DNA of 64,000 nucleotides from an uncultured delta proteobacterium (GCA_963843145.1 CAWJJC010000017.1:128001-192000), one strand, 5' to 3'. Positions 29,199-39,635 are shown, counted from the first letter of the stretch. A program made the numbers and translations. The notes: generated by a model not told the origin, from the letters alone.

Positions 29199-29624
29199 AT
29201 GGGTAGATCACGCGGATGCCTCGATCCTGAATTAACAGCGGAATCGAGGATAGAGAGAATGAGAGAGGAAATACATACTCTGCGTAACACGCTAATCTCT
29301 CTAATTCCAGCTCCATTTAAGGATATTATTGAGCCTCGTTATGATTTAACTCGGGAGGAATCCCTTAATTGGCTATATTCTACCGCAAATAAAATTATTG
29401 AAATCACCGAACCTGATCAATACGGAAAGGCAATTTGTCCTCTTTGTGGGGGCGTTCCTCAGTTTGTAGGGGTTGGTTATAGTTATCCTATTGGGCTTGA
29501 GCGTCATTTGACGGGCTCTTACAACGCCCATAGATGCCCAGTAATGTATGCTGCGGGTGGTCTTTGTAGAGTTCAACATCGAGAACGGTATCCTGGTGAC
29601 TTTGGGCCGTACGGATGTGATTGA
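29199..29624 (+). CDS. Hypothetical protein with a putative Zn finger (CPLC..HL..C)
   Basis: 141 aa; RBS AAGGAG upstream. Confidence 0.6.
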   Translation: MGRSRGCLDPELTAESRIERMREEIHTLRNTLISLIPAPFKDIIEPRYDLTREESLNWLYSTANKIIEITEPDQYGKAICPLCGGVPQFVGVGYSYPIGLERHLTGSYNAHRCPVMYAAGGLCRVQHRERYPGDFGPYGCD

Positions 29625-29821
29625 TTTCAGCCGAGGCATAATTTTGGTCGAACAAGTATCTCAGTGGAGGACTCTGCTTTGTAATCATTGGGGTCGGACT
29701 AGACGAACTAATTGAATTCTCAAAAACTTTTTTCAATCGATAGGCATTTGAGGTCTTAAAATGCCCTTTTTACCCCCCCAATAGAATCCTCTAATCCGAT
29801 CCCAATTTCATACTACCCACC

Positions 29822-30301
29822 ATGACCCCGGCAATCAATGTGGTCAAGAAAGCCAAGATTACTCATAGGGTGCATGAATACCTGCACGATGCGGCAAGTG
29901 AATCGTATGGGAGTGAAGCCGCCGAAAAACTGGACGTCCCGGAGGATCGAGTCTTCAAAACATTGGTGGTGAGTCTCGACGGTAAAGAGCTGGCCGTGGG
30001 TGTCGTTCCCGTGTCCTCTATGCTCGACATGAAGCTCCTGGCCAAAGTGGCCGGGGCAAAAAAGGCAAGTATGGCCGCCAGATCAGATGTGGAACGCTCT
30101 ACCGGATATGTTTTGGGTGGGGTTAGCCCTCTGGGTCAAAAAAAACGGCTCAGGACCTATATTGATTCATCGGCTGGAAACTTCCCAACGGTTTTCGTCA
30201 GCGCGGGTCGCCGGGGGCTGCAAATCGAACTGAATCCGAATGACCTGAAGGCCCTGTCCAATGGAGAATACGCCGAAATATCCCAACGTTCCCACATCTA
30301 A
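29822..30301 (+). CDS. ybaK: Cys-tRNA(Pro) deacylase
   Basis: MTPAI, VFKTLV, TGYVLGGVSPLGQKK, VSAGRRG. Confidence 0.95.
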   Translation: MTPAINVVKKAKITHRVHEYLHDAASESYGSEAAEKLDVPEDRVFKTLVVSLDGKELAVGVVPVSSMLDMKLLAKVAGAKKASMAARSDVERSTGYVLGGVSPLGQKKRLRTYIDSSAGNFPTVFVSAGRRGLQIELNPNDLKALSNGEYAEISQRSHI

Positions 30302-30387
30302 CCAAAAGCGAGACGTTGCCTGTCCCTTGGCCAAGATCAAATGAGAAGAGTCACCGGAATTTTGTTTGGTACAAGGAGAACCAATCG

Positions 30388-31038
30388 ATGAAAGTAATAG
30401 CCATTAACGGCAGTCCCAGGAAAAAGTGGAATACCGCCACTTTGCTTGAAAGAGCTGTCGAAGGGGCCGTCTCACAGGGGGCCGAAACCAGCCTCGTCCA
30501 CTTGTATGGCCTTCAATTTAAGGGGTGTATCAGTTGCTTTGCCTGCAAAAAAAAGGGGGGCCCAAGCTATGGGACCTGCGTGGTTAAGGACGACTTGACC
30601 CCCATTTATGCCGAAATCAAGGAAGCCGGCGCTTTAATACTGGGGTCTCCCATCTATTTCGGGGACGTGACCGGCGAATTGCGTTCTTTTCTGGAACGCC
30701 TGCTCTTTCCCTACCTCGCCTATGAATCTCCACCCAAAACCCTTTTCCCTGGAAAGATCCGGACGGCTTGGATTTACACCATGAATGCCCCCGAAGACAT
30801 CGCTCAACAATTTGGCTATGGCCGACTTTTTGAAAGTAATGAAGGTGTCATGCGAAGGATTTTCGGCCATTCCGAATCAATGATGAGCTATGATACGTAT
30901 CAATTCGAAGATTATTCAGCAGTGGTTGCGGACAGATTTGACGTCAACGAGAAAGAGAAACGCCGCCGGGAATTCTTTCCGAAGGACTGCCAAAAAGCCT
31001 TTGATTTAGGAGTCGCTCTGGCGAAAAAAATAACCTAA
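30388..31038 (+). CDS. Iron-sulfur flavoprotein / NADPH-dependent FMN reductase family protein
   Basis: INGSPRKKWNT, GCISCFAC..C, GSPIYFG; RBS AAGGAG. Confidence 0.9.
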   Translation: MKVIAINGSPRKKWNTATLLERAVEGAVSQGAETSLVHLYGLQFKGCISCFACKKKGGPSYGTCVVKDDLTPIYAEIKEAGALILGSPIYFGDVTGELRSFLERLLFPYLAYESPPKTLFPGKIRTAWIYTMNAPEDIAQQFGYGRLFESNEGVMRRIFGHSESMMSYDTYQFEDYSAVVADRFDVNEKEKRRREFFPKDCQKAFDLGVALAKKIT

Positions 31039-31174
31039 GCCTGGTTTCCAGAAGAACTATTTAAAATGAGGCGTGTTGAATTGACATTCCTTATGACAGT
31101 CCTACCTAATTCATCCGGGTGGTCATGTCGAGCGAAGCACCGCTGAGATAAATCCGAAACTGCCTTTTAGAAAA

Positions 31175-31219
31175 AAGATACGGGATGCCGGCCACTAATC
31201 CCTCCGGATCCCGTATCTT
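31175..31219. terminator. Hairpin between convergent genes (possible bidirectional terminator)
   Basis: AAGATACGGGAT / ATCCCGTATCTT perfect 12-bp arms plus an inner CCGG pair. Confidence 0.55.
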
Positions 31220-31279
31220 CGTTTCAGATCTAAATCTTTTTTCTTTTCCTTTTGCCTTCTTCCTCGTTCCTCGATCCTT

Positions 31280-32908
31280 TTACTTCTTTCCCAGCACTTC
31301 CCGCTTGATCCGGCTGATATGGCCGCGGCCGGAGCCCTTGACTTCGCAGCCCAGCTCAAAATAGCGGCGGATTTGGGTGTCGTTCAGGATGCCGAAGCAA
31401 TCCACGATGGCCGCCGGCCGCCCGATCCACTCCACCATCTGGTCGGGATCCAGCGTTAGATAAGGCTGGTGGCGCACGGCCAGGACCACGGCGTCCGCTC
31501 CCTGAACAGTGCTGGCCAAGTCCTGGGAGACCGGCAGCTTCGCCAATCCGTCCTGGTTGCGGAAGAACCGGGCCCAGTTGTTATGCATCGGGTAGTCATT
31601 CTGTTTTTCCAATTCCCACCAATGCTCCACGTAGGGGTCGTGGACCCGCACTTCCGCGCCCATCTCGGCCAGCTTCCGGACTAAGATCTCCGAACCGCTG
31701 TACCGGGTGTCGCCCACGTCCTCCCGGTAGGAAACCCCCAGGACGCTGATCAGGGAGGAAGCCACGATCCGGTTCCGGTTACGCAGGGCGTCACGGACCA
31801 GTTGGGCCGCATGGAGGGCCCGGGTGTCGTTGATATTGATCGCCAGGGGGGTAATTTTAAAAATATCATCCTCGAAGCCCATCAAATGTTTATACGACCA
31901 CATGCCCAGACCGCCGTCCTTGGGCAGGCAGTAGCCCCCGACCCCCGGGCCCGGGAAAAGGATGTTGCTGTGGGTGGGCCGAACCCGGATGGCCTCGATG
32001 ACCTTGACCAAATCCACCCCGTTACGTTCGGCAAACAAAGTCCATTCGTGCATAAAAGCCAGCAGGGTCGCCCGAAAGCTGTTTTCCACGATCTTGCAGG
32101 TCTCACTTTCCACCGGCCGATCCAGGACCGTGAGCGGAAATTTCTCCACTTCGATCACCTCGGACAGAAAACGGACCACCCGCTCCCGGGCTTCCGGATT
32201 GATCCCGCTGCAGACCCGCCAGAAATTGCGAATGGAGGAAACGTATTGCCGGCCGGGCATGACCCGCTCAAAGCTGTGGGCCAGCAGGGGTTCCTCGCTC
32301 AGCCCCCGTTCCTCGAAGGCCTTCTTGAAGAAGGGATAGGCGATATACTCGGTCGTCCCCGGGGGCACGGTGGTTTCAATTAGGACCAAGGCCTGGGGGG
32401 GAATCTTCCTCGCCATAATCTTGAAGCTCTCTTCCAGGGCCTGGATCTCGGCGCTGCCGCTTTTGACATTGCCCAGCTCTTCCTTCAGAAAATCGCATTG
32501 CACATCCACGACCACCACATCGGCCAGGGTCAGGGCCTCCATGGTGTAGGTGGCCATCAGGGTTTTTTTCTCCAGCACACACCGCCTGATCAGGGGATCC
32601 ACTTCCGGGTCTTCCGCTTTTACCGGGCTGACACCGCGGTTCAGGCAGGGGATCTTCCAATAGGAGCGCGGACTCGGCCGCTGCACGCCGATGACGAATT
32701 TTCCCGGCGACCCGTCGGCCCGGACGGTGTCGGCCACTACCGCCGCCATTACCGCCCCCACAAATCCCACGCCCATGACGACCACGATCTCCCGCCCCAG
32801 GAGGCGTTGCTCCCCGACGATTTCTTTCAGACGCCGGACCTCCACCTCCTCATCCAGTGTCCCGGGCAAAGTAAAACGTTCACCCGTCGGTGCCAGGGAA
32901 TATTCCAT
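31280..32908 (-). CDS. Nucleotide-sugar dehydrogenase (UDP-glucose/GDP-mannose dehydrogenase family)
   Basis: GVGFVG, IETTVPPGTT, ERVMPG, KIVENSFR, PGPGVGGYCLPKD, DVGDTRYS. Confidence 0.92.
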   Translation of the reverse strand: MEYSLAPTGERFTLPGTLDEEVEVRRLKEIVGEQRLLGREIVVVMGVGFVGAVMAAVVADTVRADGSPGKFVIGVQRPSPRSYWKIPCLNRGVSPVKAEDPEVDPLIRRCVLEKKTLMATYTMEALTLADVVVVDVQCDFLKEELGNVKSGSAEIQALEESFKIMARKIPPQALVLIETTVPPGTTEYIAYPFFKKAFEERGLSEEPLLAHSFERVMPGRQYVSSIRNFWRVCSGINPEARERVVRFLSEVIEVEKFPLTVLDRPVESETCKIVENSFRATLLAFMHEWTLFAERNGVDLVKVIEAIRVRPTHSNILFPGPGVGGYCLPKDGGLGMWSYKHLMGFEDDIFKITPLAININDTRALHAAQLVRDALRNRNRIVASSLISVLGVSYREDVGDTRYSGSEILVRKLAEMGAEVRVHDPYVEHWWELEKQNDYPMHNNWARFFRNQDGLAKLPVSQDLASTVQGADAVVLAVRHQPYLTLDPDQMVEWIGRPAAIVDCFGILNDTQIRRYFELGCEVKGSGRGHISRIKREVLGKK

Positions 32909-34145
32909 CGTTCTCTCCTCCTTCAAAGTATTGATTAACTCTTTCAACCACATATTCCTGCTGATCCCGGGTCAATTCCGGGAAAATGGGCAGGGCCAGA
33001 ACCTCCTGGGCCGCTTTTTCCGCTTCCGGGAAATCCCCGGAACGGTAGCCCAGATAGTGAAAGCAGGGCTGCTGATGAAAAGGCAGCGGGTAATAGATTT
33101 CCGTGCCCACGCCCTGCTGAGCCAAAAAGGATTGAAGTCCGGCGCGATCCTTAACCCGCAGGACATACTGATTATAGATGTGATAGCCCTTTTCCAAACC
33201 CGGCCGACCGCGAAAAACAGCCGGGGGAAGGCGCACCAGACCGCGGGCGGCTAAATCCGTCTGTCCGAAAAGGGTATCATAATACTCGGCGTTTTCCTGC
33301 CGCTTGCGGGTCCAGCGATCCAGATAGTTCAATTTAACCACCAGAATCGCGGCCTGCAGGCTGTCCAACCGAAAATTTCCACCGATCAGGTCGTGCACAT
33401 AACGGGTTTTGGCCCCGTGGACCCGAATCCTTTTCAGCTTATCGGCGAATTCCGGATTATCTGTAACCACCATCCCGGCATCGCCCATCCCGCCCAGATT
33501 TTTGGTAGGATAAAAAGAGTAGCCGACCAGATTATCTCGAAAGCGGTCGCCTGTCTCCGCATCGGGGAAGGTCGCCCCGATGGCCTGGGCCGCGTCCTCC
33601 ACTACCCGCAGACCGTGGGTTTGCGCCAACCGATTAAGCGCCGACATATTCGCGGCCTGGCCGTAGAGGTGGACCGGAAGGATTGCTTTGAGTCGTTCGT
33701 TGGGAGGTCGAGGGTCGGCAAATGGGAACCCATTGCCTGAAGGAAGGGGATAAAGAGCGGATTCCTGGTTGAGAAAACCCAAAAGGGCTTTTTCGGCCTG
33801 GGCCGGATCCAGGTTGAAGGTTGTCGGCTCGATATCGGCCAGCAAGGGGATGGCCCCCAACCGGGCGATGGTTCCGGCCGTGGCAAAAAAAGAAAAAGGG
33901 GTGGTCAAGACCACATCGCCCGGACCGACCCCGAGGGCCATGAGCGAAAGGAGCAGCGCGTCGGTCCCGGAGGATACCCCTACGGCGAAGCGCTTCCGAA
34001 CATAGGCGGCTATACCCTGCTCCAGTTCTTGTACCGGAGGCCCGAGGATGAATTGCCCGGAATCCAATACCCTTGCGATGGACGCCTCGATTTCCGGCCG
34101 CAGGGTCCGGTGTTGTCCGCTGAGATCAAAAAAGGGAACTTTCAC
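32880..34145 (-). CDS. DegT/DnrJ/EryC1/StrS PLP-dependent aminotransferase
   Basis: SSGTDAL, PVHLYGQ, EDAAQAIGA, SFYPTKNLG, NFRLDSLQAA. Confidence 0.95.
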   Translation of the reverse strand: MKVPFFDLSGQHRTLRPEIEASIARVLDSGQFILGPPVQELEQGIAAYVRKRFAVGVSSGTDALLLSLMALGVGPGDVVLTTPFSFFATAGTIARLGAIPLLADIEPTTFNLDPAQAEKALLGFLNQESALYPLPSGNGFPFADPRPPNERLKAILPVHLYGQAANMSALNRLAQTHGLRVVEDAAQAIGATFPDAETGDRFRDNLVGYSFYPTKNLGGMGDAGMVVTDNPEFADKLKRIRVHGAKTRYVHDLIGGNFRLDSLQAAILVVKLNYLDRWTRKRQENAEYYDTLFGQTDLAARGLVRLPPAVFRGRPGLEKGYHIYNQYVLRVKDRAGLQSFLAQQGVGTEIYYPLPFHQQPCFHYLGYRSGDFPEAEKAAQEVLALPIFPELTRDQQEYVVERVNQYFEGGENDGIFPGTDG

Positions 34146-34147
34146 TT

Positions 34148-35179
34148 TTAACCTTTCACCTCTTTCTTGTCACTCTTTTCATAGCCTTGGGGAAACCGCC
34201 GGTGCCATTCCCAGGCTGAATGAATAATATCCCTGAGGGCCGGAAATTGTGGCTCCCACCCCAGGAAACGGCGGGCTCGTTCCGACGAGGCCACCAGGAT
34301 AGCCGGATCGCCGGGCCGCCGCGGTCCCAGCGTATAGGGGATATCCTGGCCCGTTACCTCCGAGGCCTGCCGAATGACCTCCAGGACGGAAAACCCTTGC
34401 CCATTGCCCAGGTTAAAAACGCTTCCGGACTGCTCATCTATTTTTTCCAGGGCCAGGACATGGGCCAGGGACAGATCCTCGATGTGGATATAATCCCGAA
34501 GGCAGCTCCCGTCCGGAGTGGGATAATCGCTGCCGTAAACTATCAAGCCCCCCCCGGGCGTTTCCGTTTTGAGTCCTTTCAGACGAAGCGCCTGATTAAG
34601 GACTAAGGGAATCAGGTGGGTTTCCGGATAGTGGTCTTCCCCGCAGTCCCGTCCGGCCCCGGCCGCATTGAAATAGCGGAAGGCGACATAGCGCAGCCCG
34701 TAGGCCTGGTGATAGGCCTGGAGGATTTGCTCAAACATCAATTTGGAAAACCCATAGGGATTCACCGGGCGGGTTGGCTGGTCTTCTTTAATGGGCAGCT
34801 CGTCGGGTTCGCCGTAAACGGCGGCCGTAGACGAAAAAACCAGCCGCCCTACCCCGCCGGCCCGCATGGCCTTCAGCAGGGCTATCCCTTTGATCAGATT
34901 ATTGTCGAAATACTTCTGGGGATCGACCACCGATTCTCCCACCAGACAAAAGGCCGCCAGATGCATCACGGCCTCGATGGCCTGGGCCCGGAAGATTTCT
35001 TCCAACCGGTCCTGGTCCTGTATATCCCCCTGGATAAAAACCGCCTTTTCAGGAACCGCCGCCCGATGTCCTTCGGAAAGGTTGTCCAGGACTACCACCC
35101 GATGACCCCGCGCCAGCAACGTGCGGGCCACCACGCTGCCGATATAACCGGCCCCTCCGGTTACCAGAACATTACTCAA
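34148..35179 (-). CDS. galE: UDP-glucose 4-epimerase
   Basis: VTGGAGYIGS, FSSTAAVYG, YGFSK, RYFNAAGA, RDYIHIEDL. Confidence 0.95.
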   Translation of the reverse strand: MSNVLVTGGAGYIGSVVARTLLARGHRVVVLDNLSEGHRAAVPEKAVFIQGDIQDQDRLEEIFRAQAIEAVMHLAAFCLVGESVVDPQKYFDNNLIKGIALLKAMRAGGVGRLVFSSTAAVYGEPDELPIKEDQPTRPVNPYGFSKLMFEQILQAYHQAYGLRYVAFRYFNAAGAGRDCGEDHYPETHLIPLVLNQALRLKGLKTETPGGGLIVYGSDYPTPDGSCLRDYIHIEDLSLAHVLALEKIDEQSGSVFNLGNGQGFSVLEVIRQASEVTGQDIPYTLGPRRPGDPAILVASSERARRFLGWEPQFPALRDIIHSAWEWHRRFPQGYEKSDKKEVKG

Positions 35180-35319
35180 GGTTGAAACCTCCTCTTAGTA
35201 CGAAAATAAATCGGATGACGTCCATCATTCGCAATTAACATTTAAAAATTGATTATTGATAATTTATGGTTTCATTTTTGTTTTTATCCTCTCCTCATCC
35301 CTCCAACCTGCAACCCCAC

Positions 35320-36024
35320 TTATCCCCGTTTCACGGCATATTTGATGATACACCACAGGGCCCGAACCCCGTCTTTCCAGTTGATTTTTTTGCCCTCGGA
35401 ATAGGTGCGTCCGGTATAGGAAATCCCCACCTCATAAATCCGGCATCCGGTTCGAGCTACTTTGGCCGTGATCTCGGGTTCGAATCCAAATCGTTTTTCC
35501 GTCAGGGTAATCGATTTTAAAACTTCCGCTTTAAATACCTTGTAGCAGGTTTCCATATCCGTCAGGTTCAGATTGGTAAACATGTTGGACAACAGGGTCA
35601 ACAGCCTATTGCCCAGATAATGCCAGAAATAGAGGACCCGATGGGCCTGTCCGCCCATAAAACGGGAGCCGTAAACCACATCCGCCTTCCCCTCGATAAT
35701 CGGTTTAAGCAGCTTGGGATATTCTTGCGGGTCGTATTCCAGATCCGCGTCCTGAATCAGAATAAAGTTTCCCCGGGCCTCCCGAAACCCCGATTGGAGG
35801 GCGGCCCCTTTCCCCTGATTGACACTGTGCCGGATCAGTCGGATAACCCCCCGATCTGCCAAGGACTGGGCGACCTCCAGGGTCCCGTCCCGGGAACAGT
35901 CATCCACCACCACGATTTCTTTATCCAACTCCCAGGAGGACAAATCCACCCGTTGGACCCTCTCGACCAAATCGGCCAAGGTTTCCTTCTCGTTATAGGC
36001 TGGAATAATAATGGAAAGCAGCAT
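35320..36024 (-). CDS. GT2 family (DPM1-like) glycosyltransferase
   Basis: [41 protein letters not shown]. Confidence 0.95.
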   Translation of the reverse strand: MLLSIIIPAYNEKETLADLVERVQRVDLSSWELDKEIVVVDDCSRDGTLEVAQSLADRGVIRLIRHSVNQGKGAALQSGFREARGNFILIQDADLEYDPQEYPKLLKPIIEGKADVVYGSRFMGGQAHRVLYFWHYLGNRLLTLLSNMFTNLNLTDMETCYKVFKAEVLKSITLTEKRFGFEPEITAKVARTGCRIYEVGISYTGRTYSEGKKINWKDGVRALWCIIKYAVKRG

Positions 36025-36194
36025 GGCTCAAGGCCCTTTGTGGTTCGAGCTCGCTTTATGGACGGCAACCGTCTGCAGGCTATAGGGCAACCCCCGAAAA
36101 ATGCTCCTCAATATATAAGGTATTGTTCTGCTTGTCAAAAAAAATAGGTAGCGCTGGTGATTAAAGAGGGGCCTTCGCCACGATAAGGCCCGCT

Positions 36195-37478
36195 TTATCG
36201 GGAGGGGACGACCAAGATCTTATCCACTCGCTTTCCGTCCATATCCATCACCTCAAAGCGCATTCCCTGCCATTCAAAATGATCGGCCGGTTCCGGAACC
36301 CGACCCAATTGGGTCATCATAAACCCGCCCAGCGTCTGATAGATCCCCGCCTCTTCGTCGGGCATTTTTTTCAACTGAAAGAGGTCCTTGAATTCGTCCA
36401 CCGGCATCATACCGTCCACCAGCCAGGAGCCGTCTTCCCGTTGTCTGGCGCCCGGTTCCGCAGGCTGCCCCGTAGCGGGTATATCGCCAACGATGGCCTC
36501 GAGGATATCATTCAAGGTAACCAGTCCTTGAATCCCCCCGTATTCATCCACTACCAGGGCGAGATGTGGGCGGGATTTCTTAAAATTTTCTAATAGTTGT
36601 AGGGCGGGCAGGTCTTCCGGAACAAAAAGAGGCGGTTTCATCACCGCCTTCAAGTCCAGCTTTCGGTCGGACTGGCAATAGGCCAAGGCATCTTTCGCCC
36701 GGGTGATACCCAAAACATTGTCCAGGCTGCCCTGGCCCACCGGAAAACGGGAAAAAGGGCTCTCCATGATTTTATGATGATTGAACTCCTCGCCGTCGTC
36801 CAGGTCCAGCCAGACCATATCTCGCCTGGGGGTCATTAAGATACTCACCTCCCGATCCGCCAGACGAAAAATGCTTTTAACGAGTTCTTGTTCCGTTTCG
36901 ACAAAAACTCCGGCCTGGGTACCCTGTTCAATCAGCAACTTGATTTCTTCTTCGGTCACCGGCGGTTCCTTGGATTTCCGGACCCCCAGGATCTTCATCA
37001 CCAGGTCGGATGACAGGCTGAGTCCACGCACGGCCGGCAGTCCGATGAGAGCGATAATTCGAAATAGGGAAGCCGTAGCCAGGGCAATGCGTTCCGGATA
37101 GATCAGGGCCAGCCGCTTGGGAACGATTTCCCCCAAAACGACGGAAAAAAAGGTGATGGTCAGGACCACCAAGCCTAGGGCGACCGCGTGTTGATAGGGA
37201 TGGATCCAGGGGATTTCTTTCAGATAGACCGCCAGCCTGCCGGCAAAAGTAGCCCCCCCAAAAGCGCCGACCAGGATGCCGATCAAGGTGATGCCGATCT
37301 GGACAGTCGCCAAAAAGTGTTCCGGGTTTTGGGCCAGCTCCAAGGCCGCCGCGGCCTTCCGGTCCCCTTCCCGGGCCATCTGCTGCAGGCGAATCTTCCG
37401 GGAGGAGACCACGGCCAACTCCGTCATGACGAAAAACCCGTTCAAAAGTATCAATACCAGGATGATTACCGCTTCCAT
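36195..37478 (-). CDS. Hemolysin/CNNM (DUF21-CBS-CorC) family membrane protein
   Basis: FLATVQIGIT, GEIVPK, MTPR, SRFPV, VDEYGGIQGLVTLNDILEAIVG. Confidence 0.93.
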   Translation of the reverse strand: MEAVIILVLILLNGFFVMTELAVVSSRKIRLQQMAREGDRKAAAALELAQNPEHFLATVQIGITLIGILVGAFGGATFAGRLAVYLKEIPWIHPYQHAVALGLVVLTITFFSVVLGEIVPKRLALIYPERIALATASLFRIIALIGLPAVRGLSLSSDLVMKILGVRKSKEPPVTEEEIKLLIEQGTQAGVFVETEQELVKSIFRLADREVSILMTPRRDMVWLDLDDGEEFNHHKIMESPFSRFPVGQGSLDNVLGITRAKDALAYCQSDRKLDLKAVMKPPLFVPEDLPALQLLENFKKSRPHLALVVDEYGGIQGLVTLNDILEAIVGDIPATGQPAEPGARQREDGSWLVDGMMPVDEFKDLFQLKKMPDEEAGIYQTLGGFMMTQLGRVPEPADHFEWQGMRFEVMDMDGKRVDKILVVPSR

Positions 37479-37575
37479 GTCAATGCCTTTCCAAAAAAAA
37501 CCTCCGGAGATTCGGTCTTGGCTGAAAACAATTTGTAAACACGTCGATCACGGCTCTCTGTCAAAAGTCTTATTA

Positions 37576-37724
37576 GATGGACTTGCAAAAAGTCCATCAG
37601 CAGCCCGAGCGCGATTAAGCGCCGGGCTGGGGTGGAACCATTTGAATTCACTTCAAATGGCGGGGGAGGGGAAGCCCTTCCCCGCCGAGCAGAAAGTCGT
37701 ATTTGGACTTTTTGCGAGGTCATC
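37576..37724. mobile_element. 149-bp MITE with 20-bp imperfect TIRs and a TTATTA target-site duplication
   Basis: GATGGACTTGCAAAAAGTCC versus GGACTTTTTGCGAGGTCATC (17/20 complementary); TTATTA at 37570-37575 and 37725-37730. Confidence 0.8.
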
Positions 37725-37756
37725 TTATTAGAAGCTTGTTGCCAATACCCCCCCCA

Positions 37757-38785
37757 TTACTCCTTATCCCGCCTTTGGAGCCAACGCCGTCCTTTGTCGG
37801 TCAGCCGATATTTCTGCAGGCGGCTGTTGGGTTTCTCGGGGAGCGTCATTTCAATCAAGCCCTCCGTTAATGCAGACAGCAGATAGCGCGCCCGGAATGA
37901 TTTGCGGTCCTGCAAGCCGAGCGTGCTTTGGAGCTCCTCGCGGGACATCTCCCCAACGAGGGTTTGAAGGAGCTGTCCGACTTGGGGGGTGACTTGGGGT
38001 GCGACTTGGGGGGTAGCTGCAGAGAAAACCGCCTCGAAAATCATCCTGAGCATAAACTCGATAAAGGGTGCGGAGTTCGTTTGATCGGTGCTGCTTTGCA
38101 GGGACTGGTAGTACTCCGCCTGGTGTTCGTAGACCAGACTTTCGACCGGGATATGCGCAAACAAGGGATTCCAGCGAAACAAAATCAATGATTGCCACAG
38201 TCTCCCCAAGCGGCCGTTGCCGTCAGCGAAAGGGTGGATGAACTCGAACTCGTAGTGAAAAACCGAGCTGGCGACCAGCGGATGTTGATCGGTAGTTCGC
38301 AGCCAGTGTAGCAGGTCTTGCATCAGGGAGCGGACGCGATCCGCAGGCGGCGCCATATGGATGACCTGTCCGCCGGCCATGACACCCACGCCTCCACGGC
38401 GGTAGGCCCCGGCCTCTTCCAGCAGGCTGGACATGAAGATACGATGGGCTTCCAGCAGGTCTCCTTCAACCTGGGGCTGCCATTGTTCGAAACGGTCATA
38501 GGCGGCCAGGGCATTGCGCGCTTCCTGGATTTCCCGTGGCGGGGCGATAACCCGCTTCCCTTCCAGAACCGCGGTGATCTGCCCCTCGCTCAGGGTGTTG
38601 CCTTCAATGGCCAGCGAGCCCTGAATGGTGCGAATGCGATTGATACGCCTCAGCCGCAGCGCTTTGGCTGGCTCGACCTGAGCCGTCAGGCGCCCGATGG
38701 CTTCGGCGATCTCCGCTGCCAGGCGGAGGATGGCCGGGGTCAAGGTGAAGGGCGGTTGGTAGGAGTCCCTTTTTTTCAAGCCCAT
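37757..38785 (-). CDS. Fic family protein (class II-like) with a C-terminal wHTH
   Basis: HPFADGNGRLGR, N-terminal inhibitory SLAIEGN, (TPQV)n linker, P..PNSRLQKYRLT; ATG at 38785 preferred over the track start. Confidence 0.93.
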   Translation of the reverse strand: MGLKKRDSYQPPFTLTPAILRLAAEIAEAIGRLTAQVEPAKALRLRRINRIRTIQGSLAIEGNTLSEGQITAVLEGKRVIAPPREIQEARNALAAYDRFEQWQPQVEGDLLEAHRIFMSSLLEEAGAYRRGGVGVMAGGQVIHMAPPADRVRSLMQDLLHWLRTTDQHPLVASSVFHYEFEFIHPFADGNGRLGRLWQSLILFRWNPLFAHIPVESLVYEHQAEYYQSLQSSTDQTNSAPFIEFMLRMIFEAVFSAATPQVAPQVTPQVGQLLQTLVGEMSREELQSTLGLQDRKSFRARYLLSALTEGLIEMTLPEKPNSRLQKYRLTDKGRRWLQRRDKE

Positions 38786-38867
38786 GTCCTTCTTGCCCTC
38801 TCGATTGGTGTAATCGCAGCGGTCATGCGGTTGGTTATGGAGAATTGCGGGCTTGAAAACGACCATA

Positions 38868-39635
38868 TCAGAATTCCTCCCGCCCAACCTGAATGGGATG
38901 CACCCAGGCCGGTATTCGCTTCCAGGCTTCTCGCATCTGGCCGTGGAAGGCATCTGTTTTTGGCTCGAACTGCCTCAGATGGGCCCAGAAACGGCTGCTG
39001 TGATTATGTTCGAGCGTGTGACAGAGTTCGTGAATCAAAACGTATCGAACCAGATCTGCGGAGAGAAAAAGCAGCTTGCAGTTGAGGCTGATAACCCTAT
39101 TCACGGAGCAGCTACCCCACCGTGTGCGCTGGCTCTTGATGGTCAAACGGTTGAACCTCAAGCCGGTTTCGGCCGAGAGAGATTCCAGCCAGTAGCCCAG
39201 GGTTTCCTTGGCGTGGCGCGCCAACCAGCGGCGCAGCGCGGCTTTGCTCCGTTCGCTGTCACCCACTGCGCCATAGACCAATAAACGCCCCGGTCGGTCA
39301 GTTTTTGCGCCAATGATCCTGGCTTTAGTCTCCCGATATTCAATCCGCCAGGATTCCGCCAAAGCGGGCAAATCAAAGGCCTCTGGGCAGGCTGTTGAGG
39401 TTTCGCCGAGCAAATGGCGAACCTCGTCGAACTGTTTAAGGCGCGCCGCAATCCAATCGCGTTTTCCAGCGACCAACTCGACCACCTTCCGTTCATTCAG
39501 TCCCTTCGGGGCAATGACGGTCAGACCGTCTCGAACGGTCATTTTCAGGCGGAGGCTTCTGGCCTTGGCGGACGATCGGATTTCGTAGTCTAATTGCCGT
39601 CCATCAGGCAGGTCGATACGAGCCGTACGTATCAT
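38868..39635 (-). CDS. M48/YgjP (DUF45) family zinc metalloprotein
   Basis: QRTRWGSCS, YVLIHELCH..HNHSSRFW; overlaps the hsdR stop. Confidence 0.92.
   Translation of the reverse strand: MIRTARIDLPDGRQLDYEIRSSAKARSLRLKMTVRDGLTVIAPKGLNERKVVELVAGKRDWIAARLKQFDEVRHLLGETSTACPEAFDLPALAESWRIEYRETKARIIGAKTDRPGRLLVYGAVGDSERSKAALRRWLARHAKETLGYWLESLSAETGLRFNRLTIKSQRTRWGSCSVNRVISLNCKLLFLSADLVRYVLIHELCHTLEHNHSSRFWAHLRQFEPKTDAFHGQMREAWKRIPAWVHPIQVGREEF

Larger units (their letters stand above)
22320..29770. other. Defence-type island 1 between purB and ybaK
   Basis: NYN nuclease, type III R-M, HicAB and orphan genes; AT-rich segments; no integrase or att repeat seen. Confidence 0.75.

Noticed and set aside
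37978-38016. 12-bp tandem repeat in fic as a phase-variation tract
   Set aside because: In-frame; it encodes the TPQV linker typical of Fic-wHTH proteins.
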